NCBI RefSeq assembly: GCF_002571385.2
Contig: NW_019217990.1
Coordinates: forward strand, 362,248-426,247
DNA length: 64,000 nt
Reading direction: 5' to 3'
DNA from: Stylophora pistillata
Lineage: Eukaryota
Program-made: the position numbers and the translations under genes
Notes under the pieces: generated by a model
Database searches by the model: none
What the model was told of the DNA's origin: nothing
The model's input: only the letters and a program-made list of their open reading frames with translations
In this document: positions 25,606-38,500 of the stretch, piece by piece
How positions within the stretch are numbered: position 1 is the first letter of the stretch
How the letters are laid out: every line of letters begins with the position of its first letter

Positions 25606-26558
25606 AGGATTTAAGTTGATTAATGGAAGTTAGCATGCATATATATGTATGGCTCAAATAATTGAAAGCGTTCATCTCCCATTTCAACGCTCCTTGAATA
25701 CAAACATACTCCCTCAAGATTAACCTAAAGAATTTCTATCGAAATTCTATCAAGCAGGAGCCATCTAGAGCAAATTGAGATAATAATCACGGCAATCTCA
25801 GCACTTCTCCCCTCGACACACGATTATTACCAGCCGCTGTTTGGGAATCGAGCCTGCGCTCCACCTCCTCTTACGGGATAGACTGGACCCAAAAGTTAGG
25901 GAAAGACTTTCAAATTTTTAATTTTCCCCTCTTCCCCATTGTATTATTGACCTTCCACGTGCATGATATCAGGAACCAGTATAGATGAATGGTTAGGGGA
26001 AAATGGGAGGATCATCACAGAAAAACACAGATGGTTTACATCTTAAACTTTTTTTTATTTCATTAGCTCAGCATCGAAAGAGTAAAAAGGATTAACTTGA
26101 CTGTGTTTTAAAAAGAGAACTGCTGGATACCCTGCGTGAAAGCTTTAATACAGAAAGTTTTAGTGGAAAACTTGAGACTGAGGCAGAATTGGCCACAGTT
26201 ACCAGTAAGTAACCTTCCAGTTCTGAGAACCAACTCAGCTGTGCTTCCCTTATTATTAAAACTGTTTATAAGAACTCACTCTACAAATATTTGGTTACGT
26301 AGTTATCAATTACTCCATTTATAGTACTGATATATGTAGTGTAAATACTAAATCTGTTATGTCTCTTCCAAATTTCCTGTTAGCCTTTTGGCTGTTTCAT
26401 AGGTGTCCTACAATTTAATGGTGTTACTTTTTTTAATTATACTAGGGTGGATTTAATAAATAAAATCCATTTCTTTAAATGTAATTTAGAGGGGATAAGA
26501 ACTTAATAGATAAAACAACAACGTAATCTTTCTTCTAAGAACTTGTGGCAAACATTAA

Positions 26559-29500
26559 TTACTCATGTGGTTGGTCACTTTCAGGTTTTGTCTCAGTGTT
26601 GGAGGCATCACTTTCATAATCTTTATTTGGATCAAAGTAAGGAGTGTCCCTTGTCATCATTTCTTCCATTCTTGTTAGCAGTTGTTCAAAAGATGGTCTC
26701 TCTTCTGGGTCTGCTTTCCAACAGTCTAACATCAGCTCATATCTGGTGAAATACAATGTTTGCTGCATTAAATGAAGAAATTAACATTATGATAACATTA
26801 TCATTAAAGTGCACCTACACCCCAAAAATTTTTTTCGCTTAACGAAGTAAGCTTATTTTTTTGAGTATTTCTGCGCAAAAATTTTTTTATTTGCTCAAAT
26901 CTTCAATTTTCTGTGCTCAGTCAAAATACGTAAAATCTTGTGTTGTAGAAGGATGTAGCAACGTGCGAAATTTGCAAGAGGGTATCGCACTTCATACATT
27001 CTTCATACAACACACCTAGTCGGCATATTTCGGACAATATCGACGACAATCTTCCCAAACAAGTAAAAATGTGAGAGATGCAGACTTTCGTGTGCTCGAT
27101 TTGATGTCTTATTACCCGCTAGATCCATTCTTCTTTAAACTCGGTCGTGGGGCAAGATGGCGGCCGATTTTCCGTATTTTGACTGGGCATAGAAAATTAA
27201 AGATTTGAGCAAATTAAAAAATTTTTGCACAGAAATACTCCAAAAAATAAGCTTATTTCGTTAAGCGAAAAAAAAATTTTGGGTTTAGGTGCACTTTAAG
27301 TATAAGTTAAGCATAAAATGAAAAAATTGAAGTAAGGGTAATATAATGCAGCTGTGGTTGAGTTTGCCTCAAACCTTAAATAATTTAACATACTTAAAAC
27401 ATACTGGTAGCTTCAATGAATATGCTTGAAAAAAGTTCTTTAAGGGCCATATCTCATTGCATGTTTTGGTGAAATTGATTTTAACCTGACAAAGATATAC
27501 TAAGAATCTGGATAAAAACTTCACTGAGGTGAAAGAAAGAAAGAAAGAAAAACAAATAATTAGTTCCACTTACCACAGAAAAAAAATATATAATGTCAGT
27601 TGTAAATCAATTTAAAATGATTGCAGTCTTCCAATATTTTGCATTTAATTTAACATTGTTTGTATTTAAAATGATCTTATCAAACTCTCAGCAATGTATT
27701 ATAAATTGTAGAAACAAAGAGCTCAAGACAGCGAGCCTTTTTCTAAAAGCATTGTTACTCAAAGGCAATGGTGTCTCCATTGAGTTGTTCCTACTTGTGG
27801 CACCAGTGCACTTAAAACAGACTGAGATCATACAATTCTTATAGCAAAAGTTTCCATGAATTTTTCTTTTTTCAGAAGTAAGGAAATAATTTGATATCAT
27901 TTTATTTACCACTTTGACTGATATCTAGTGTGTATATATCAAAACAAGGACCTGACATGACTAATACAACAATAATCGTAATCATTATGATAAATTTGAA
28001 AAGACAGAGTTCATGGTTCTTGTTCAGTTTGCTGGTTCTTTGTATCATATCCAATGACTTCCAAATATTCAATTTGATTAGATAATTGAGCATAATTGTT
28101 TCAGGTACAGCTCATCAGAACATATGGCTGGTTTGTCCATTCGATATCCTGACTTGAGAAGTCTGAACAACTCCCTGTTTCTTATCCCAGGGTAGGGGAT
28201 GCCACCTTAAATGCAGGTTACAGTGGAAGACACAAAAGAGTTGTGATTAAGATTTGTTCAAGAATACAGCAACACCTGTGGCTACTAAGGCTAAGGGACA
28301 TATGATGTTTTGAAAGAGTGGGGGTGAGCAAGTAATGGACATTTTTTTTTTCTCTTTCCATGCACTACCCTTGTTTTGATCTTAAGCATTTCACAACGAA
28401 ACTATCAAATGTCCACCTTGATACATTTAATAAATACATTTGTAATTGCCATAATTTGCCTCTTTTTGTCATCATTATCATCAAAATCATAATTATAACA
28501 GAAAGTGATAGAGTGTAATACAGTAACACTAATAATGCCGTACATAACTAATTTAAATTTGAACCAAAAACAAATGCCAAAAGTGGGAGCTTCTGTCGGA
28601 TTCTTAGGGCATCTGATCTGCTGCCTGGTATCATTGCTTTTTGAAATGAAGGAACTTTTTTGTTGTTCTTTGTTTGGCATTGTGGGCCATATACCTCTTA
28701 AACCTATTGTTTAAGACCCAAAAGTACTGACCATACCTCTGAAACTAGAAACAATTAGATATATCTAAGCTGATGCATCCTGCGTTTGAATTATAATGAT
28801 TTCTCTTAATAACAAGTGAGGATTTTATTGTTACTGTCAATAATGGATCCAGTGTTTTGACCTACCCATTGTGCACATTTCCCATAGAACTATACCAAAA
28901 GACCACCTACAACAATAGAAAATGAAGAGTGATCCCTCCTGACATTTTAATTTTGAACTATTGGCTAAAATGGTTTTGTAATTTTTCCCTAAGGTGACTG
29001 AAGATGTGCATTCATGATATAACCTTTTGACTGAAGCATACATTCTTTCAGTAGAAATCTTCCAGTCTAAAAATGAAAAAGTTTGTACAGTCTTCAGGAA
29101 TTCAGAGAATACAAACAAAGTAATACGGATCAGAGCATAGTTAGTAGAGGAGACTATTTACTATGATCAGAGTGGTGTTGTTTTTATTGTTTTAAAAGGT
29201 GTCAATCAACTTTTGCACCTTCCATCATGTAATAGTTTACTTGAAGGATGGAAGGATGGGCCAAACATGTCGTTGGTGCTAGATTGTGTGCTAATGCTAG
29301 CTATCATGAAAAACTTCTCTTTTTGAAGAGAAGTCTTACAGAGAGAGCTCTTCTCTTTACAAAAGTTGTTAAATTGATACTTTCTCCAGCAAACATAGGA
29401 CACAATAAAAGAGGAAAAGTCGTTGTTCAAACTGTTAAAGACTTACACATCACTTTTTGAAGTGTATATGGCGCTGTGTAGTAATTCAGGTGCCATCCAT

Positions 29501-32500
29501 TTGATTGGCAGTTTTTTTGTGTTCTTCATTTCATATATGTCTCCATACGTGTGACGTAACATGCCAAAGTCAGCAATTTTCACAGCTCTGTCCTCACCAA
29601 GAAGGATGTTACGTGCGGCCAGATCACGGTGAACAAATCCCTTGCTGGACAAGTACTCCTGTTTAGAAAGACAATACAAGTCAAGGTCTTTTTCCCCTCA
29701 TACTAAGTTTTTGAGTCCAAACAATACACTGCTATTGATCATATCACTCTATTGCCAAAATTAGTTTCTTTTCCAGATATCTTGCTAAGATAAAACAAAA
29801 CGATTTATAGGTCACGAAGCATTCAGAGCTTGAAACAGATGGTCATTGAGAAGGAATTTTATTCCTTATAATCTTGGAATACGTCTGATGTAATAGTTTT
29901 GTCACTGGCAGCAGATCAAATATATCTCTCATCTTAGCACCTACCATTCCCTTTGCTATCTGCCACGCGAAACAAAGGACATCTTTGACGGAGAAGTCGA
30001 CCTCTTGCTCAGCGTCGCCTTCTGTTTGCTGCTGTTCCTCTGTATTCTTAGATTGTGGCAAATCACGTTTGGCAAATTGCACTGGTGCGTTAAAATTTTC
30101 GTCGTCATCAATGATCAACTTCACTTCATCATTCTCTTGATTCCTCTTACTATACTCATTCTCCGTCTTCCTGTCTTTTAAATTGTCCTCAGCGTTACCA
30201 TCGTGCCGAAGATCAGTAGAAGAATCTTTCTTATAGATGATTTCACGCAAAGTGGGCAAAATCACTTGGAGTGGGTCAAGTGCGTTTTGTCCACATAGCT
30301 CATGAGGAGGAACCGTTTCGGGAATTTGAATTTGGATTTCTTTAGTGTCAAGCAATAATGTTTTTTTTTCGGATTCACTCTCTCGCTCCGCGGTACCTCC
30401 ATAATCTTCAGTGGATTGACTCACTTCAGAGCTTTCCAGTATGCCCTGGTTATTGGACTCTTCGCCTTCTTTCGCGCTTTCTTCGGAAGGTGCTGATGAT
30501 TGGACCTCCTGGACTATCGTACAAATTTCTTTACTTACAAACGATGGTGTAAATTCGTTGTCTGTTTCTCCTTCCTCCTTGTATTCAGCACGAGCTTTTT
30601 CCTTGGTTTCGTACTCTTCGCCCCTATTGCCTGTTGTCAGTGATGGTATTACATCCAAACATTTGAATTCTTCACTCTGCTTCTTACATTCGCTGCTCAC
30701 GGATAGAGCACAAACTTCTCTTATTGCAATGCAATTTTCTCCATCATCAAGAAATGGAATAATTTTATCGTCTTCTTTCTTTTCTTTAATCTTCTCAGGG
30801 TTTCGTCTGCATCTCTCAAAAGTGTTGCTGACAACATCTGCTAGTGAACCAACATTGAATCTTTCAGGGAAGCTTCCTTTACCCGGTTCTGTTACGATTT
30901 TTTCATCCCTTTCCTCTTCAGTTGATGGTTGTTCATCCACTTTGATAGAAATGACGGACGTATTGCTTATGTCATCTAGGTTACCAGAAATGTTCATGAA
31001 TTCTATAACACTCATGACTTCGTTTCCAGTATTTTCATAGCCATGTAAGGCTGCTTGTTCTGACATATCTGAGTTGGCTTCTTGCGAACTCATTTCACTA
31101 TCTGACCATGCAGGATCGGCAATGGATTCAAATATGACACCGTCGATGCCCTTTTTGTTTTTGTTCTGAAATAAGTATAATACTCTGTGAAAAACAATTT
31201 ATCATGTCAGCTTTTATAAAAAAATAAAATTCAAAAACGGAAATTATTTTAAATGTCGAAAAAAATTAAGATCCTTTAACTGACATGGCACCGGCAATAA
31301 AAAGGCTTTTACGCCTACACGTTCTCAGACAGTTTCCATTCTGAGCAGACAGGTCACTTTCCTGACCTTCAGTCCATCGTATTGGTTGCAAATTGTGCAA
31401 AGCATTTTAAATTATTCTATTTTGTCTAACAGCACTTGAGGTTGAAGCTGTAATGATATTCTACCTGTAGCCTTTTGTTCCTCAGCCACTGAAGGAGATC
31501 TCCTTGTGGAACATATTCCAGGATTAGCATGATTGGTTCCGACCTGTCCCAGTAACCAATCATATTTAGCACATTCCTGTGAGTACCAACTCGCTGCATA
31601 AATGAAATTTCTCTGAGGAATTGTTCTTTCCCTTCCTCGATAGCTCTTTCTGAAAGAGATATGATGAAACAGACCCAAGACATTTTGTCAGTTTTAAAAT
31701 GGAAGCTTACATCTTTGTATGCTGTTTTTGTACATTGATCAAAAACCACCTTCAGTCAAACCTTTCTCTCCTATAATTAGGTGCGTAGGCCATTTTTTGT
31801 GGGTGGGTGGGTGTTGGTTAATGATGGTTGATTTATATATTCCACTCAAGACCACTAATGTGAATGTTATGAACATCTTTTATTTTGCAAGTAAAAATCA
31901 AGATGAACAATTAACAACGACGGTTACAAGAAGTGCTTTTTATCAAAGGATTCAAGACTCAAGTGTGTCTTAGAAAAAATGTAAATGTGTTCATGTCAAC
32001 TTACCATTTAGAAGTTTTACAGCAACCACTCTTCCTTCATTAAAATGCACTCTTTCCTCTTTGGGCTTGAAAAACACTTCAACCTTTGGTATCTCTTTCA
32101 GGATTGCCTTGTGTACTTTACCAAAGGCGCCTCGACCCAGTTCTTCCATAATTGTTACACGCTGCGGGGGAATCTCCTTTTGCAGAAGGGGAACAATATC
32201 GTAGTTTGATCTGAAAGAAACAATGAATATATTTACTTTGCTTTCTTGTTTATGAGAATATTGCACGAATATGAATATGAAGCATTATGGAGGCAAGTAA
32301 GGCCAATTTAAGCCTGCATTGCAGGCGTCTTATCAGGGCCAGTTACCTAAGAAGGTGCGATCGTTTATTCAACTGCCCGTGTTTGATTTCGAGATAGAGG
32401 ACAGTTTAGCTCTTGGGCTAGCTATACTAAATTGCAACATGAATATACGACTGAAGTGAAGAAGGAACAATTTGTAACAATGATTTATTCTGGTACTATG

Positions 32501-35500
32501 TTAAATTCCAAAATGACACTCGGCGACCCCCCATTGAAAAATCCTGCTTGCGCAGGAAATCTAAAAGGAAATCACCTCTATTTGGCATGGCTATATCACT
32601 ACTTAAATTGTTCTCAACAAGGCCAATAACGCTCTTTAGCATATGAGCAATATGACGCGAATCCTCTGTTCTGAAGCAGAGCAGGCAAGATGAGCCTATG
32701 CTGCCCGTTCGGGGTTTCCCGTTTTGATTCCGCGCCAGAAAAAAATGCATGGAGCGGACTTTCAAATTTCGTAACTTTGATTTTATACAATGTCGGCGAT
32801 GAAGTCGCAAAACCCATTTGTATGTTGGAAGTTACAGGCTGTATCCTACAAATTTCCACAGAGTTTATTAATTCTATTCCTACCTTCTTGTCTTTTGACG
32901 TTTCCTCTTTTTTCTCCTTTGTCTGAAGAAAAGGATACTCACAGTCATCAGAATCAGGAGCCCACACCCCACAGGTACAGCAATGGTTAAGGTTCGTGCG
33001 ATTGAATTATCAGTTGTCCTTTCTGTTTTTATTGGCCATTCATTGGAGTGATCACTTTCTCCCAACTCATTCCAAGCTGTCATCTTCAGAATGTAGTCAG
33101 TGTTACACTTAAGCGAAGGAAGATTCATTGAAGTAGTATTCACAGTAACATTGATTTGATGCCAGGACTCGTCTTCACCTGTCGATTGCTCCTCTCTGTA
33201 GTATATTGTGTACAAGGTCAGGGGACAATCATTATCCTGTGGAGGACTCCATTTGAGATTCACAACGCATCCGAACACGTGAACTCCTTTGCTCTTAAGA
33301 ATCGGAGCTAACGGTTTGTCTGAAGCCAAAAATAACGGAAACAGCTTGGATATTGGGTCAGAAAACAATCAAAGTAAAAAGCCTTACTTTATCGCCTTGG
33401 CATAACAAAAATAACTGTTTCCCTAGTGTCTAAAAGCTCAGTCTCTACAACAAGCACGATACATGAACAGTGTGGATTGTGTGAACACGGACAATACCAT
33501 GCAATAAGGCATGACTGTAAACAGTGTAAACTAAAAGCGTTGAAACAAAAAGGCTGCAAAAGATTCTAAGTAAATTTCATATGTAAATGTTCATGTCGTG
33601 TTTGTTGTTTTATCTTTAAGATTTACCGTGACCTCACCTCCTGATGTTCTCACTCTCCACAATTTGCTTTGGTTTAGAACCGCTGCCAGTGGCGTCTCTT
33701 TTGTAAAATTCCAGGCTGTTAAAACTATTTCATACTCTCTTTGGCAACTAAGGTGAAGAACATAACCTGTTCCGTTTCCTGACACGTTCACTGCGTTCCA
33801 GTGGCTTTTACTCGCTGAAAGTATTTCTCTACGGTAGATAGTGAACAAAGAAGCAGTGCATGGCTTCCAACGGACCACCACAACACTTCCTTTCACTTTG
33901 TTAGTCCTGTTGACGATGACCGGGTACCCTTAGAAAAAAAAAATTAAAATAAAAAATAAATAACAAGAGCAAAACAGGCAAACAAATGGAGCCGCTATAT
34001 GCTGGGTTACAAGGGTTGATACACGAAACCTAGTCGTGATAAGAAGTAAGCTCAAGGTAGAAAAGAAATCGGTACGAGACAAGTCCTCCACCCCATCCTC
34101 TTGTGTACTGAGGCTCGTAGAGTCGGCTTTACCTTAAACCTCCAGAAGAGTGGTTTTCCGCTGAGAATCGTTTTCTGTTTGTGTTATTGATATATTTTTT
34201 TCACTTAGGAACCAGTCGTTATTTATCAACCCAAGGGAGGAGAAAAATTTTGGGGAGGATCACGTGGTTTTCCTTGGGAGCGGAGAAGGGATCAGTTGTC
34301 GACAACAGAGTACAACAGGAGGACTGTAGAAAACTGAATGCCCTACCCCTTCCCCCATGATAAATAATGACTGGATCCAGATGATTTCTGCGGCCAATGA
34401 CAAACACTTTTTGATGATTTAAGAAAATTATAGATATATAATACCTGTGATGGATTTTACTTGCACCAACACTGAGCGGTTACTTGCTCCTACGTCATTC
34501 CATGAAGATACTTGAAATTCATAATCTGTGTCACAGTCAAGTGGTAGGCTACTGTAGTTCAGCTCATTTGTACCCGATGATGTATTGATACGGTGCCAAT
34601 CGCTTTCTTTATTTCGTGATTTGATGGCTTTGTAGTACACAGTGTACATAGTAACTGGACAGCCATCGGCATCAGGAGATTTCCATTTAATTAAAGAGTT
34701 AGGAAATGATATTTCCCTCTCTTTGTTTTCAATAACAGGAGGTAAAGGTGCACCTGTGGAGAACACAAACACAGAGTTAACTGAGTGTTGATAGTAGTTT
34801 ATCTGATATAATGTGACTTTTACTCAATTCACTCCAAAGCTTTACCATGTTCTGAAGCCGTTTCGCTAGCACCAGCTGTTTCACTAGTTAAAAATACTAC
34901 TAACATTGATTTCGAGAGAAACGTGCATTAAATTTCAATTAAAAGATTATTCTTAGTTTTATTTGACTGGTTCCCCTTTAAGTGACCGTTCAAGACAGGT
35001 GGAAGACAATACAAACAGGCCTTTGGGACTCATTGAAAGATGACCGCGAATTAGAGTTGAAAATTACAATGATTAATGAGAGACAAATTAAGGAATTTGA
35101 CAACCGACTACTGTATACAGGGTACCCACTAATACGGTGCCGCTTAGTACAAGTTCGGATGTTAGAATAAAGCTATATTTACTAACTTGTGAATAAGTTT
35201 ATGATTGAGTTTAAATTCATGAATTGTCTAGTTATCATCTACATTACTGGACTGGCTGACAGAGGGTTTGACCTTTTAACTCCCAAGTTCTGATTGTTAA
35301 TTTCCCCCTCTAGCTGTTACACATTTCCTTGTAATTAATTGGTTACGATCATTTGGTGTTCAATCAAGGTAACAACTTCCACCTGGTAAGTTTGAGTATT
35401 AATTCTCACTAACTGTTTGCTGGATAATGTATGGATATTATAGGGAGAAGTTACATGTTAATCACTGTAGCGTTTACGGCGACTCAAATCCAAATTCTCA

Positions 35501-38500
35501 AGTTCAAGGGCGTATTGCTCCAAAACGCGGTTAACGAGGTGTTTGGGGACTATTTTACTGATCGAAATGATAACCCAAAGTTGACTGTGTGCATGAATCT
35601 TTATTCTTGAAAGGCAATCGACCACGAACCACCATCAATGACGAAAATAATGATTATTCTGACAGTCAATCAATCTATCGAACGATCGATCGTAAACTGA
35701 AACAACAATACAACGAAGTTCTATCAATCTAACGAAAAGCCGCGGAATACATGATGAAAGAATCGCGTGTCAAATACTGGGCTCTAAAGTCCATAACGAG
35801 ATTAACAATACAAGTGAAACAGAACAAAAGTTTGGAAACAAATTAAAAGAGTTTTGATGACTGATAAACAGCCCATTGTTTGATCTAAATGATGGGCGTT
35901 CACTGACTCGCAAATTGGCACGCCGATTTTGGCCTTTAAATCTTAAATCTATACAGATCATTGCAATATTTGTTTGTATATTGTCGCCCAACACTGAAAA
36001 GACTGGAAAGGAAAAAACGAAGTTACAAAGGTACTCACATATCGGTCCCGCTTGTGCCAGAGGTTGAGAAAACGAAAGGGCGAAAGTTTACCAAGGCTAT
36101 TCAAAACTTACGAAGAACTGATTAAAGGGACGCTAAATTTGCCTTTTATATGCGCATGGTGACGCTGAAAGGTCCGATTACAAAACCAATAGAAATACAG
36201 AAAAACAGATAAGCATTGTAACTATGTGGCTATCGAAGATCATTCTGAAATTAGTGAACTAATTAATAATCAATCAAAAAAATGAGCCGAATGGCTAATG
36301 TCCTTAACAATCACTTTGGGGAGTTGAAGAGTTAGACAATAGAGTAGAACCTGGTACTTTTCTTCCGCATCGTCCCAGATCCATCTCTACCACTTTACCA
36401 TTTCGTGTTTACTCGTACGTTCGAGAGATTGACACTTTCCTTTCCGGAAAATAAAAACACTGCGTACAGATTCACTTTAGGTTATGATATGAAGCATGCC
36501 ATAATCTTTTACGGAATGTTTCTTAATTTTTTAAAAAAAAAATCATTAAGGTGTACACTTAAGCTCGAGACCATTTACATTTCAATTCATTTAAAAGGAA
36601 CAGTTGTTATTCTATGATTCTAGGTTATCTATAACCATAAACGTCAATTTGAAAAGAGTTTTCGGTGTGTTTTATAAAGAAAAGGTTCGTGGTGTTCAAA
36701 GAGAATCGATAGGTACATTCCTTTATCACAGCGCGTTTATTTTGGAAAGATTACGTCCAAAAGACTGACGAACCTGCCGGTACTTTTGTCCCATACACTT
36801 CTACTCTAAGAGATTTGTGATTATGATAGTCAACTGGCTGGAGCCGAATGATCCGAGCCCTTGTCACTTCTACCAGAACATGTTTCAGTGTTTCGTTGCT
36901 TTGTAAATTTCCGCCGAAAATCTGTGGAAAAATTGATCAGACATAAATTGAAACTTTTCGTCCTCGAAATATAATCAAAGGTTCATTGAAGTATATCTAT
37001 GAAGTATCAAAGTCTTTCTTTTATAATCTACTGTAAATTAAATTTGATTCTCGTTAGCGTTCTTGGGAAGACTCCATACAAACTTGAAACTGAGTTAAAG
37101 TCACCTTCAGGTTATTTGCTAATATGAGTAAAAAGTATTACTGTTAACTAGTCGATGAACAGACGGGTAACTGAAAGGTTGTTCGTTATTGCCCGTCCTC
37201 GGAGAGGCTGGAGGCTGTCTTGTTGAGGAAATAATAAAAGATTTCTCTCACGGCATTTCTATTTTTCAAACCTTTTCCGCGTTGTTCTCCTTAAAAGTGA
37301 TCCAATTCTTAAGAAACAAACGCATTTTATAACTTTTGGTCCACTCTTCGCGATATGGATGTCCTAGAGTAGCCACAGCACAAATAAAGAACACATCTCC
37401 CAGCTCAATTTGCAGGTAATCATCAATATTGTTGTCATCTTTAGGCGACCAGGCTCCCGTGCTATTACTGAGGCGTGCTTTGAAAGGTTCATTACCCGCA
37501 CGAAACGACGAGGCTGCGAAATTTTTATCGGGGTGTTTGTTGGAGCTGGCCAAACCAACTGCCTGTGCCTGACACGCTTAAAAAGCAAAAAAGGCAATAA
37601 ATAAGAGGAAACATCGTAAATTCGAAGCCTTATCAACGGTATCCTCCCCACTGAGAACAGCCATCTATCTACAACGGCCACGTACCTCGCTATCTACAGT
37701 TGCTGTTGTGAAAAGGCTTCACAAGAAGAAAAGCGATAAAATTCAGAAAGATGTTGTTTACTTGTCTTAAAATGCTTTACTCTCCCGAGAAAATCTTTTG
37801 AATTTACCATTTATTCTCTCGGCCCCCTCCCCTATTTCCTCTAACCAGCTTGATAGCATAAATAAAGTTCAATTCCTTTTGGGGGGACCCCAGAGTTTTT
37901 TTCCGTCCAGCGTTCCTCTCAAAACGATGAACATCTTTCTCTATAAGGAAATCGCTCTTAGCAGTGACGGTAGAAGTTAGACAAGACAGTCACAACAGCT
38001 ACTTACCAATCCTTGTCTCTTTCTCGGAATAAACCTTCACGTCGCATAAGGACAAAGTTCTGTCAGCGCCTGAACCTTTCATTAACACAAATGTTCCGAC
38101 AATTCTAGGCAGACAATATATGAAAAGTCGTTCTAGAATTGTTAAAAGCGTTTCGGAATGGTTCTTTCCTCCACAAAGCAAGGTTGAACTTCTATTTTCG
38201 CTGTGATTTCCTGTTGGACATGAATACAAAACACTCATATAACTTGCAATTCACGCAATACTGCCTTTTGTAATTTTTTTTTTCTACATGCACCATTCAG
38301 TTTAATCGGGGATCGGATACTTGAATGAATTTCTTTGAATTTTCATTTCTCCATGAGAAAGGCATAAACCATCTAGGAAAACAGTTGTTCTTGGGGCTCC
38401 TTTTTAATTTTAATTTCAGTTCTTCTGTGGTTTAATTTGTAGCTATATCCATGGAGGGCTGGTTTTCATGAGCAAAACTCCCACTCAGATAACTTAGTTA

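Noticed and set aside
30441-31040. 199-aa Ser-rich plus-strand ORF (also 61416-61700)
   Set aside because: Antisense shadow of the Glu/Lys-rich kinase-insert exons.
36039-36050. 12-nt coding microexon in RTK-A
   Set aside because: In phase but would add an unpaired Cys; more simply part of the internal-promoter 5'UTR. Unresolved without RNA data.
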